Shown one piece after another: positions 1 to 11,735 of a stretch of 64,000 nucleotides of DNA. Numbering within the stretch: position 1 is the first letter of the stretch; each line of letters starts with the position of its first letter. The position numbers and the translations under genes were made by a program. Source of the DNA: Carcharhinus amblyrhynchos. Lineage: Eukaryota. The DNA is taken from assembly GCA_965287045.1 (NCBI GenBank), contig OZ336884.1:45942001-46006000 (forward strand). The letters run 5' to 3'. The notes beneath the pieces are model-generated. The model had not been told where the DNA came from, did no database searches, and saw only the letters and a list, made by a program, of their open reading frames with translations.

Positions 1-519
1 GTGACATTGCTTTGAACCTGTATAATTTCAGAAAAATGGGAGAACTTGATGATGTCACTGTGGAAATGTTCTGTTTTCTATCACTTAAAATGCTAATAAA
101 ATCTTAACAACTAAATCTTCCAGTCTCCAGGTCATCAGAGATTGATACAACTGAAGATGCACACTGGAGCCCTGTGGAAATTGTTTGGTAACTTTCAACT
201 TCCAATGGGCAATTCCCTTACTCCTTTGGACCCTCTGTGAGCATCTCTGACTCTAAGCTAGAGGTGGAGGACTTCACACAGTTATGTGGGAATTACATGG
301 GAAGGAAACACTGGACAGAAAATATTTAGTCAAACACCTGAACAACTACTCAACTGATATCCCCCATCACCCTGATAGCCCTCTCAAACTCCACAATCAC
401 CTCCTTGACCCATGGTTGCCCCTTAAATCCCCCAACTATCCCCCATCATCCTCCTACCCTTCCTACAACCTCAGCCATGTACACAACTCACCCATCTACC
501 TACTCAACTCACAAACCTA

Positions 520-1540
520 TTGAATTACCTACCACTTGGCCCAGCTTATGTCAGACTCTTATTTATTGACCACAGTTCAGCCTTCAACACCATTATCCCA
601 ACAAAACTCATCTCTGAACTCCATGGCTTAGACTTCGCCTCCTCCCTCTGCGACTGGATCCAAGGCTTCCTAACCCACAGACTGCAATCAATAAGGAAAG
701 GCAACAACACCACCTCCACAATTATTCTCAACACTGGTGTCCCTTAATGCTGTATCCTGAGCTCCTTACTATACTCCTTATTCACTAATGACTGTGTGGC
801 CAAATTCCACCCCAATTCAATTTTCAAGTTTCCTGATGACGCGATAGTAGTGGGTCAGATCTCAAACAACTACAAGACAGAATATAGGAAAAAGATAGAG
901 AATCTGGTGAAATGCTGCAACAATAATGATTTCCCTCAATGTCATTAAAACATAGGAAATAGTCATTGACTTGAGGAAGCAAAATGGAGGACTTCCCCTG
1001 TCTACATCAATGGGGGTAAAGTGGAAATAGCTGAGAGCTTCAAGTTTCTAGATGTCTAGACTGTCAACCACCAGACCTGGTCCCTCCGTGCTGATGCCAC
1101 TGTTAAGAAAATGCACCAACACCTCTACTTTATCGGGAGGCTGAGGAAATTCGGCCATGACTCCCAACAGTTTTTTTTTACAAGTGCACCATAGAAAGCA
1201 TCCTTTCAGGATGCATCACAGCTTGATCTGGCTCTTGCTCTGACAAGCCTGCAAGAAACTACAAAAGGTTGAGAGTGTAGCCCAGTTCATCTTGCAAACT
1301 AGCCTCCCATCCATTGACTCAGTCTACACTTCCCGCTGCCTCGGAAAAGCAGCCAGCATAATCGACGACCCTGTGCATCCCAGACATATTCCGTCAGGCA
1401 ATGGATACAGAAGTCTGAGATCTCATACCAACTGACTCAAGAACAGCTTCGTCCCTGCTGCTATCAGACTTTTGAATGGTCCTACCATATATTAAGCTGA
1501 GTTTTTTTCCAAACCCTAGCTACGACTGTAATACTATTTT
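520..1540 (+). mobile_element. Rex1/Babar-type non-LTR retrotransposon, decayed 3' portion (RT remnant)
   Basis: ORF 520-747 AYVRLLFIDHSSAFNTIIP...CDWIQGFLTHRLQS...IILNTGVP matches Rex1-type RT motifs. It is followed by a KFPDD (FADD) remnant near 830, with stops/frameshifts. The 3' UTR is shared with 6740-6910 and 9040-9240. Confidence 0.85.
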
Positions 1541-1549
1541 GAGGAAGCT

Positions 1550-3228
1550 CTCTAGACAGCTTAGGAGGATGAAGCTCACCATGTGTCCATAGTTGGAAGA
1601 GGGGCTTGTAAAAAAACAAATCAATAAAAATTGGCAGCTGCTCAAGGATCTATCAAATCTTCACTCTGAAATAAGAAAATTAGACAGTGCAGATTTCAAA
1701 GCCAGCCCTGTTGTACCAGCTTTATGAAGAAAAACAATTTTGTACTGTAACAAAATATCAAGATTTCACTTTGTCTCACAACAGAATTTGATGACAGATT
1801 TACCACATTTCAGCAGTTTATAAATCAAACGCTAACAAAAAAATGGAAACAGAATTGCCTATATTGGGAACATGAATGAAACTCTTATGAATTTCAAAAT
1901 GCCAGCCAGTCAAATAGTGAGCCAAATTAGAGAGAAAACAGTGTTAGTGAAGACAACTGGTTATGAAAAGATTAAATTCACAGTTGTATTGTCAAGTATG
2001 TCTGACAGGAGAAATATTAAGTTAATGATGATATCCAAGAGGAAAACCTTCCTGAATCAGCAACTCCCAAAATGAGCAATCACCCATATTCACGATGAAG
2101 GATGAACGGGCGAAGATGGCTTGAAAATATTGCTGAAAGAAATCTGGAATTTTCAACTGAGAGGATTACATCAAAGAAATATATCATCTCATCTGGACAT
2201 ATTCAGATCACAGCAGGTCAATGTTGTTGTTGCTCAAGTTAGATCACACAACAATGACATTGCAGTGATTCATGATAGTCTAACCAGCCTTGTACAACCA
2301 TTGAATGTCTCTCCATGGACAGCATGAGAAAAAAACTGGAATGATTGGACGATCAGAGCAGAGAAGATATTCAGCAAGAGAGGCAGCATATGACTCCAAC
2401 GTTAGCAATCGTGTGCAAATGGGTTATCACGACTAGGATCAAATCAAAGTGGAGATTGTCATGAAATCATTAAAGAAACACATGAAAACCAATGCATTTG
2501 ATGGTACAGAAGAACATTATTTGTGGAATGTTATGGCATATGATAACTCAGTTGTTATGAAGGTGATGTTGATGATCCCCATGAGGTCATGAATAGTCCT
2601 ACATAATGGGGACCATTGTGTAGTTCTGAAGACAAGGAGAAGGGTGATTATTCTGTATTTTAATGTATATACAGTGCATGCTCTGCTGCTAAGTGATATT
2701 CTTTTTGTGAAAAAAGAAAGGCCATTGTATAAATTTGTATATATGGTTTTGGTTTTGATACATCTGATAAAGTTGATGAAGTCAGTGCACAGATATTGTG
2801 TCCCCATGGAGGTTATCATTTATTTCTAAATAACATTTCAACAACAAAAATACTTTTAGATCCTTTTGTGCTACTATTGGCGTCAGCCTTCAACCTGACA
2901 ACTCTCCAAAGTGGTTGGGCATATCGAAATTCATGAAAGTTTCATCCATGTTCCCAATATAGACAATTCTGTTTCCATTCTTTTGTTGATGTTCGATGAT
3001 AAAGTGCTTGAACGTCTTAAACCTGTCATTAAGTTCTGTCCCAAGACAAAGTGAAATCTTGATATTGGTAGGAACTGTCTTCAACCGGACAACTCAGCAA
3101 TATTGAAGTAATGGGAGATGCTGGATTTCAACTTCTTCAAAATGTTACTCATGTAAAAAAGTCAACCGCCCACTTTTTGATTCAAAATTCAGTCATAGAA
3201 ACTCAACTTTTACATGAATATATACAGT
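1550..3228 (+). mobile_element. pogo/Tigger-type DNA transposon remnant (DDE_1 transposase fragments)
   Basis: IGNMNETLMNFKMP...KTVLVKTTGYEKIKFTVVL (1863-2075) and HLDIFRS...IAVIHDSLTSLVQPLNVS (2121-2327) are pogo DDE motifs. A pogo-like end AACTTTTACATGAATATATACAGTA lies at ~3204-3228. Confidence 0.8.
2885..3085 (-). mobile_element. Inverted pogo transposase fragment
   Basis: ORF 2890-3084 FKTFKHFIIEHQQK...IGNMDETFMNFDMP is a homolog of 1760-1900 in the opposite orientation. Confidence 0.75.
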
Positions 3229-3513
3229 AAACTATTTATCTCCAGAATAAGTCTTCCGAACCTTTTCTGAACAGCTTCTAGTGTAATTACATCCTTTTTC
3301 AAATTATAACATATGGCAGATAGTGCTATAAAAGCAGGTGTGTCCAGTGTCCCCTTAACTCTACTCCATTTTGATGGAGTTCCTAGTGGATGGTGTGCTA
3401 AGCATTTCTGGAAAAGTAAGTCTTTGAAGGTTCTGGAAGAAATGCAAAGCAGTGCTGGGTCAGGGGAGATTGTGTGTAGCGGCAATTGGACAATCAATGC
3501 CACTGCTTGAAGA

Positions 3514-3750
3514 TAGTCATCATGTGGAGATGCCAGCGTTGGACTGGGATAAACATAATAAGAAGTCTCACAACACCAGGTTAAAGTCCAACAGGCTTAT
3601 TTGGTAGCACAAACCACTGGTTTTTGGAGCACTGCCCCTTCATCAGGTGAGAAAGGGGCACCTGATGAAGGGGCAGCGCTCTAAAAGTCAGTGACTTGTG
3701 CTACCAAATAAACCCGTTGGACTTCAATCTGGTGTGGGGAGACTTCTTAC
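3514..3750. mobile_element. Palindromic Penelope-derived element with decayed hammerhead cores (copy 1)
   Basis: Inverted arms 3559-3649 and 3659-3749. Core CTGATGA at 3662-3668. Flanking near-duplicate ACTGCTT(G/A)AAGA at 3502-3513 and 3749-3760. Confidence 0.85.
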
Positions 3751-5779
3751 TGCTTAAAGACCCAGGTCAGTGTATACAATGAATCAAAGCAGACATTACA
3801 GAATTAGTAACAAATGTGATGAAATGAAAAGGTTTTCACTTGGAGTTTTATGAAAATCATGGATTCCAGTAAGTGTTTTCTCACTATATATACATGAGTA
3901 GGTAGACAATGGTTTTAACTTGATGTTGAGTAAAGATCAGATTATATGGCTTAAATTGAGTACAATTAATATAATTGAACAGCATTTAAATGGAGACTAG
4001 TTCAGAATTTCTTTTTACTTTGGCTTCAATGTGAATGTGTTTTAGTTGTCTTTATTAAGCTAAAATGTCAAGCGTACTGACAGACATACAACAACAATCT
4101 GCATTTACATAATGTCTTTAACATGGTTAAAAAGGTTCAGCGTAATCAAACAAAAATTGACACTGAGCCAAAGGCAATGATATTAGAACGGGTTACAATC
4201 TGCTGGGCAACGAGATTGATTAAATCTGGACAGCCGAGAAAGCAACAGCAATGCTAAACACATTTGTGGATTTAGTGACTGAATACAGAAAATTGGGGTA
4301 AATGTTTGGATCTTTGACATTTTAAAAGCTCTGTTTTGCTGAATAATACTAAGATCATTGACGCAACTGCTGGTCTAGTACTTAGAATCACAGAAGTGTT
4401 CTGGGAAATTTCATGAGTTTTAAGTTTCTATCAGGCAGTAGCAATTCATTTAGTGACTGAACAATTTACTTTGAAACAATGATTATCCAAAAGGCAAATA
4501 TGAATTGAAGTGGCATGGTGTCAGGCAAACACTGAACATTGGGCAGAATCTTCTGATTTTCTTTCAATGTTGGTTTTATCAAGAAAACCGGCAAGAATCC
4601 TGTCAGTTTAATCAGCAAGAAAAGTTGCCGCTATCTTCAGCCACTTCAAAAAATGTTCATAAATTTTATGCTACACTTGTGTCCTGTCTCTGATTCATTC
4701 ACCTTGACGTTGCTTAAACTCGGTGATTGGTGGTGGTGGGTTGGCAGCCCCAAAGAAAGGCCTGCAATTCTCAGATGGAACCCTGACCAAAATGCTGGAT
4801 GGGGTGGAGCAGAGATGTGATATCCTCGACCCACATGCAGGAAGACAGCCTGCCAGCAAGGTCAACAACTCCGAATAGTAAGCTACATTAGAGGACGGTA
4901 CACATATATCAGATAGATAAGACAGCTAACTGCATTTAGGTCCAAAGTATGACCTTTAGAGAAATGGAGACAATCAGGTTACAAACTAAGGATTGAACTC
5001 TAGTATTATAAATTGATGTTCTTAAAATTGAATTACAAAGCAATTAATTGATTGGTTAACTGATCATTGATGAATAAAAACCTAAACTGTTTCAACATTT
5101 TACTCACACCTTAAAAAATAAATTGTCTTAAAATCGTTCAATTCCTGGCTGTATTTAGTGCAATTTACCTTTGCCGTTATCCTGCTTTCAAGTATAATGC
5201 TTTGTCAGCAAATTTGGAATCTAAATGTGCACCTAAAATCAGGCACTCAGTTGAAAATCAGGGGTTCACCACTTTATTCAAGGTCAACCAGATGTATTAC
5301 TCAGACAGCCCTTTGATTGGTGGAGCAGCTGTCTACCTGAAATAGGTGGACAGGCTGCTAAATTTGACAAATTGAGGTCCCTTGCAAGTTGTGGCACCCA
5401 ATTTCCAGCAGCTGCCAGCCTTTTGAAAATCAAACCTGTCAGCACTAAACGAAGTGCGAGAATAATAGATCTGGAACACCTCATGATAGGGAGTACTCCA
5501 TCTTGACCCACAAAGTTCAAACTTACTTTTAATAGCATCTACTGTATCCAATTCTCTTTAGGTTGGCTTTCACCTGCTGGGGAAACTGAGAATTAAAATG
5601 ATAGTTGGAGCCTGATGACCGCGTGAGATCCGGGTCTGCATACTTAAGGAACGACCCAGCTGGTTTTGAGTAGACAATCTTGCTGCCAGGCCGGAAATGT
5701 CAGTAAAAATTCTGAAAGGTGGAATCCATGTGGGACAAGCACCAAGTGAATTTTAATTGCTCACCAATTAACTGGGCCT

Positions 5780-6220
5780 GAGGTGTCAGCCATAGCTCAG
5801 TGGGCAGCATTCTTTCCCAGGAATGAAGGATGGTGCAAGAGAAATGATTGTACAGTTCAGCAAAAACAAAACTTGCAAATATATCAAAAGGGCTTCAGAA
5901 GGTTGTGAATTCAAGTCTCAATTCAAGACATGAGAGCAAAAATCGTGGCTGACACTCCAGTACAGCACAGATTGAGTGCTGGACTTTGGATGAGACACTC
6001 AAGCCCTGTCTGCCCTCTCAGGTGGATGTGAAAGATCCCATGGGGCTATTGTGAAGAACAGGTAAGCTATTCCCAGTGTTCCCAATAATTATTGTCTCAA
6101 TTAACATCACAGAAAATGTTTGTGAGAGCTTCCTAAACATGTCTGCCTTGTTTCCCACATTACAACAGTGACTGTGCTTCAAAAGTACTTCAGTAGTGGT
6201 AAAGTGTTTTGTGATGTCCT
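5780..6220 (+). mobile_element. tRNA-headed SINE with Deu-domain-like core (SacSINE1/AmnSINE-like), decayed
   Basis: A-box-like TAGCTCAGTGG and B-box-like GAATTCAAGTC. Core CCCTGTCTGCCCTCTCAGGTGGATGTGAAAGATCCCATGG and an L2-like tail CATTACAACAGTGACT...AAAGTG. Related fragments at ~7835-7885 and ~60925-61130. Confidence 0.7.
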
Positions 6221-6739
6221 ATGTTATTTTTAGGTGGGCAAGGTTAAAATGCATCACCTACCTTTATGTAACTCAAGCTAATTGTGTTTGACTTCAATTG
6301 TAGAATTAAAATTCATTGTGCGTTGATCATGTAGTTATACCTGAAATAATTTGTGATCTAGTTAAGAATTGAAAGTAAAACATGGTTTCACAGAAAATCT
6401 TTCTTTCTGGTGAGGAACAACTTCAATTTTTTTTTACGATCGAGATTTTGCACAGAACTTGCGTCTGAACATACATTCTGAACTGTAACTTGTGTGAATT
6501 GAGCAATTTACAACAATCTTGAGCAAAACTGTAGAAATCATATACAAGTTACCTGAGGCGATAATTTGAATCCACAATGAAAGAAACAAACATTAATATA
6601 GTGAATTAATTAATAAATTGAACTTACCAGTCAAGGAACAAAATTAAGTGATGTCATAGGATTGGATTCTGAAATCGGACTGAATTAAGGCACACTCCTT
6701 TCTAAACTAAAATCAAACCTGCCAAAAAAGAACAGCTGA

Positions 6740-6910
6740 GCATTTGATCTTTGTCTACACCCTAGCTATGACAGTAACACAATATTCTGCACCTTCTCCT
6801 TTCTTTCTCCCCACATACTCTATGAATAATATGCTTTGTCCATGTAGTGTGCAAGAAACAATACTTTTCACTGTATCTCAATACATGTGACAACAATAAA
6901 TTAAATCAAA
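6740..6910 (+). mobile_element. Rex1-type LINE 3' UTR fragment
   Basis: TTGATCTTTGTCTACACCCTAGCTATGAC...ACATGTGACAACAATAAATTAAATCAAA matches 9098-9240. Confidence 0.7.
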
Positions 6911-8389
6911 GCTTAATGCCATTCACATACATCAATTGATCCATTAAGCCTGGCCATGATTGGAAGGAATTAGGAATTTAATTTCACATCAATTCTTAAC
7001 TAAAAAACCATTGGGTGGAGCATTCATACTCAGGAATAATGCAATCAGGGATTCAAACTCCCAATTCTATGCACAGCCTATGTGCTGTATCTTGAAATAC
7101 TTAATCTACATTGCACAAATCCATCTATTTACATGTTCTCATCATAAATTACTGCTTACATGGGATGTCTTGGTTTATTACTTTTGAAGATGAATGTTGC
7201 AAGCATCAGAACTTCAAGTGTTTTTTAAAGAGTCCTCTACCATTGAAAACTTGAATGGTCAGTTGTTTTTCCCTCGTCAAGGATTAGATCAACTAGATAC
7301 ATTATAATAATCTGTCTGCTCCATCTTACTTTTCGTGCACGTTGTCTAAATTGAAGAATTGCAAGATTTTGCATTCAAGTACCATTAGATTTGCAATAAA
7401 TTCTTTTTTGCTGTGCACAAATTATTTTTGCAACCGCATTCTGACATAAATGCTCATACAGCATGATATGTAATTGGTTTTCAGGAGCAAAAACTGTAAT
7501 TTCTATCCCAGTCCATAGGAGAACAAAGCAGCATCATTTGAAAATTGATCTGCTGATCTGCAAATGTGAATCATGACCATGGATAGATGATTACTTGTGT
7601 GTCAGGATTCCAAAGCACATTTATATATTTGCAATTGTTCAACTGCGAAAGGAGGAATATTTCTAGTAAATTTTAATATACAAAGTAAAAAGAGTTTTCT
7701 CAGTGGGTTATACGGTCTGATTTGTGCAGAGACTAGAATTCAGAAAATAATTCACGGTCCCCAAGTTAATTCAAAATTCAAGAGGAAATTGAAAGAAGAA
7801 ACATGAAAGCAGCAGAATTTTTTAGCCTTTCAGATGAATTATTAAATTGAGGTCCCACCTGCCTTCTCAGCTGGACATAAAAGATACCAAAGGTAGGATT
7901 TCCCATCCTGCCCCTGGGAAAGTCAGCAGGGAACGCACCCTCACTCTTAGAGGAAATCTTATAGCCATATTATGGTCTATGGAGTCTTAATTGGCTGGAG
8001 GCTGAATATCCTGCCTTTGAGGGCTGCCAGTCAACCTGATTGGCAGATCTCTCACCCCGCCAATGCCAACAGTAGTGGCTGTGGCCCGGGAGGTGATGGG
8101 AGTCCAAAGAGATATAGAGGCCCCCAAAGGATATTGGGATATCCTCTGCATCCTTTCCAATTGAGCCTGAGCAGGCTAATCTGTTACATTTTTCCTGCAA
8201 TCCCTGACCTTCCCCTGTGCTCTAAAAATTTAACCCTTAAGTAGCCATTAATTAGAGAGCTTGAAAAGTAATTTATTTTTCCATAGAACGATTAAATCCC
8301 CACAAAGCAGAAAGGGGTCATTTGGCCCATCCTATCTGTACCAAATCTCCAAAAGAGCATTCCACTTACGGCCAACCCTACCAGCCAGA

Positions 8390-9240
8390 ATTATGAGCTT
8401 CAAGTTTTTAGACATCCAGATCATCAACAACCTGTCCTGGTCCCTCCACGCCATGTGATAGGTAAGAAAGCCAAGCAATGCCTCTACTTTCTCAGAAGAG
8501 AAAGGAAATTTGTTATGTCCGCTACGACTCTCACCTGTGATATCATGCTGAAATGGTCAGCTGACCAGGTAGGCAATGCAACCAATGATAAAATGATGTG
8601 GTGGTCACTGACCCCCAATATAAGATGGGAATTGTGGGGAGCTTGTATGGCCCAGGGTGTAGCCTCTAATGTTGGAGTAATGAAGTTTCTTCATTAAACA
8701 TTTTTCTTTGATCTACTTTCTAAAGTAAATTCTTTATATTGCTTGCAATTGAAGGATTCCTTCTGCTGGCTGATCAACTTTTACAGATGCATCATAGAAA
8801 TCATTCTTTCTGGTTGTACCAGAGCTTGGTATGGCTCCTGCTCTGGCCAAGACTGCAAGAAACTACAAAAAAAATGAAGTCCAGTGCATCATTCAAACCA
8901 GCCTCCAAGCCACTAACACTACCTACATTTCCTTAGGAAAGCAGCCAGCATAATTAAGGACCCCACCGACATAATTTCTTCCACCTTCTTCCATTGGGAA
9001 AAAGATACAACAGTCTGAGGACACGTACCAACTGAGTCATGAACAGCTTCTTCCCTGCTGCCATCAGACTTTTGAATGGATCTACTTTGCATTAAGTTGA
9101 TCTTTCTCTACACCCTAACTACGACTGTAACACTCATTCTGCACTCTCCTTTCCTTCTCTATGAAGGGAATGCTTAGTTTGTATAGTGCATAACAATAAT
9201 TTTCACTGTATAATACATGTGATAATAATAAATCAAAACA
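8390..9240 (+). mobile_element. Rex1-type LINE 3' fragment interrupted by a 240-bp insertion
   Basis: Homologous to 1030-1540 (SFKFLDIQI.NNLSWS...KKA.Q.LYFLRR). Colinearity breaks at 8536-8775. Ends in an AATAAATCAAA tail. Confidence 0.8.
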
Positions 9241-9496
9241 ATCAGAACAGGACACTGCAATGATAAGTTAACACAACTACTTCTCACATTGTATCGAGAG
9301 AACAAGTCAGTGTTGAAGCAAGTGATGATGGTTGGTCCTTGGACAGTCCCCTAAGGAATTTCTGCATCAACTGTGTCCCACTAAATTGCTGGAGTGGTGG
9401 GCTGGTGTCAGAACGAAGCAATCAACAAGATTTCTCCTTCATCCCATGAGACACAAAGCTTGGGTCACAAACAGTGAAAGGACTGAAAAGGGGATT

Positions 9497-10152
9497 AAGA
9501 ACATAAGAACATAAGAAATAGGAGCAGGAGTAGGCCATCTAGCCCTTCGAGCCTGCCCCGCCATTCAATAAGATCATGGCTGATCTGTCGTGGCTCAGTT
9601 CCACTTTCCCGCCCTCTCCCCATAACCCTTAATCCCCTCTCTTATCAAGAACCCATCAACCTGCTTCTTAAAAATATTTAGTGAGGCAGCCTCCACCACT
9701 TCAACGGGCAGAGAATTCCAGAGATTCACCACCCTTTGAGTGAAGAAGTTCCTCCTCAACTCCGTTCTAAACCGCCTCCCCTTTATCTTGAGGCTGTGCC
9801 CCCTAGTCCTACTGTCTTTTTTGAGCGGGAAGAGTCTCTCCACCTCTATCCTATCCATCCCATTCATCATCTTATACGTCTCAATGAGATCTCCCCTCAT
9901 TCTTCTAAACTCTAACGAGTACAAGCCTAGTTTATTCAGCCTCTCCTCATAGCTCAATCCCCTCAACTCCGGTATCAGCCTAGTAAACCTCCTCTGCACT
10001 CCCTCCAGGGCCAAAATATCCTTGCGCAGGTGCGGCGCCCAAAACTGCACACAGTACTCCAGCTGCGGCCTCACCAATGCCCTATACAGCTGCAGCAAGA
10101 CCTCCCTACTTTTATATTCAATCCCCCTCGCTGTGAAGGCCAGCATCCCATT
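9497..10152 (-). mobile_element. Young 5'-truncated CR1 LINE
   Basis: ORF 9595-10146 is the CR1 ORF2 C-terminus (YRALVRPQLEYCVQFWAP...FFTQRVVNLWNSLP). (TTCTTATG)n tail at 9497-9517. TSD-like AAAAGG(GG)ATTAA at 9486-9498 and 10154-10164. Near-identical to 19375-20025. Confidence 0.95.
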
Positions 10153-10479
10153 AAAAAGGATTAATTCAATATTAAATCAGAAAGGAAAAATAGACAGGGA
10201 GAAAATTCTTAAATTAAGCAAGCAACAGAAAACGCAGTAAGATTAAAACAAAACTGCAGTTTCAAAAACTCATAAAACTATTCACAACCTGAAGGAATGA
10301 GATTATACTTCAGTTAATTTTCATTGCCAGTTAGGTTAATTGCCAGTTATTAAAATTTACCACATTGTTAAAAGGTTAAGTACATTTACTGGCTGAACTT
10401 GTATCTGCCATACAAAGACAGCAATTTCACAATATTCAGTGCATGGCCATAGTGAGGCAGAGCACAAATAGAATCCTGA

Positions 10480-11160
10480 ATTAAGGAAAAACAACAGTTG
10501 GTGAATTTGAATTAGAAAGAGCCAAAGATTCGTAATGAGTGGATCATATCTAATGAACCTAATCGATTTTTTTTGGAAGCAATTAAAGTACTGACCAAGG
10601 GTAAGTCTATGTATAGAATTTCTATATGACCTTCCAAAAGGCATTCAAGAAGGTGCTGCCTAAGAGATAATTAGATAAACTGAATTCATGGAATTTGAGA
10701 CAAGTTGTTGGCTTGGTCAGGGGGTTTGTTCATAACGTACATGATACACAGTGCAGGTAATGGGCATGTACTCCAACTGGAGGGAGGTGTTAAATGCTGT
10801 TTTCACAAAAATCTGTGCTAGGGCCTTCTACATTTACTCACAACTTACATAATATAGTCGAGGGTAATATATCAAGGCTTACTGTTGATATAATGTTTGG
10901 TTGCATTGTAAGCAGTGTGGACACAGAACTACAAAGAGACATTAATGTATTAAGTGATGAAGAACTGTGATAGGTGTTTCAATGCAGGTTAATTGTGAGG
11001 TGGGTGAAGTTTAAAACTCTACTAATTTAATTAATATTCAAAATTTGATAAGTTTTTTGTGAGCCAAGGATATTCAAAGAGAAGTAAATCAATGGAATTT
11101 GGACACAAATAGCCACAATGTCATTGAATGATAGAAGTGACTGGCTTACTCCTGTTCCTT
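10480..11160 (+). mobile_element. Old decayed CR1 fragment
   Basis: Recognisable remnants of the CLTNLIDFF, DFQKAF, SVLG and 3' UTR segments, with many indels. Confidence 0.65.
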
Positions 11161-11446
11161 TAAAATGCTGTTTTAGCAAACGTAATGAATGGAGTAACAA
11201 AATCAGATCGAATTTTTAAATATTTGCATTCAGTACTGCAATTGCCAATTGCCTGAAATCGCAGTACCATTTATGCATAAATAACACCAAATGCCACTGA
11301 TACCTCCAGAAACTTCTTTACCCAGAAACTTCTAGAGATTCTGTGATATCTTCTTTCAAGCTTGACAAATCTGACTCTGGCCCTCCCCTGGAGGCCCCGT
11401 CCTGATCACACCAATCTGCCCTCTCAAGACAACCTTGGCCCTGTCT

Positions 11447-11735
11447 TGGTGGCACAATGGTTAGCACTGCTGCCTCAGTGCCGCGTTCGATTCTTGGTTT
11501 GGGCCACTGTCTGTTCAAAGTCTGCACATTCTCCCAGTGTCTGCATGGGTTTCTTCTGGGTGCTCCAGTTTCCTCCCACAGTCTGAAAGAAGTGCTGGTT
11601 GGGTGCATTGGCCATGCTAAATTCTCCCTCAGTGTATCTGTACACCATCTGAGTGTGGCGACTAGAGGATTTTCACAGTACCTTCATTGCAGTGTTAATG
11701 TAAACCTACTTATGACACTAAGAAATAAACCTTAA
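11447..11735 (+). mobile_element. HE1-like tRNA-derived SINE
   Basis: GGTGGCACAATGGTTAGCACTGCTGCCTCAG (A box), GTTCGATTC (B box), core TGCACATTCTCCC...GGGTGCTCCAGTTTCCTCCCACAGTC, and an AATAAAC tail. Confidence 0.9.

Noticed and set aside
131-190. Possible + strand exon (CAG|GTCATCAGAG...GTTTG|GTAACT)
   Set aside because: Isolated, with no partner exons or recognisable peptide; the surrounding sequence looks like decayed repeat.
284-523. 79-aa Pro/His/Ser-rich ORF
   Set aside because: Product of C-rich low-complexity sequence typical of MITE interiors.
3559-3749. CRISPR array, rho-independent terminator or miRNA interpretation of the hairpins
   Set aside because: Eukaryotic context with no repeat-spacer periodicity; TSDs and Penelope homology explain them.
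11447-11500. tRNA-like A/B boxes
   Set aside because: These are SINE heads, not complete cloverleaf tRNA genes (same for other copies).
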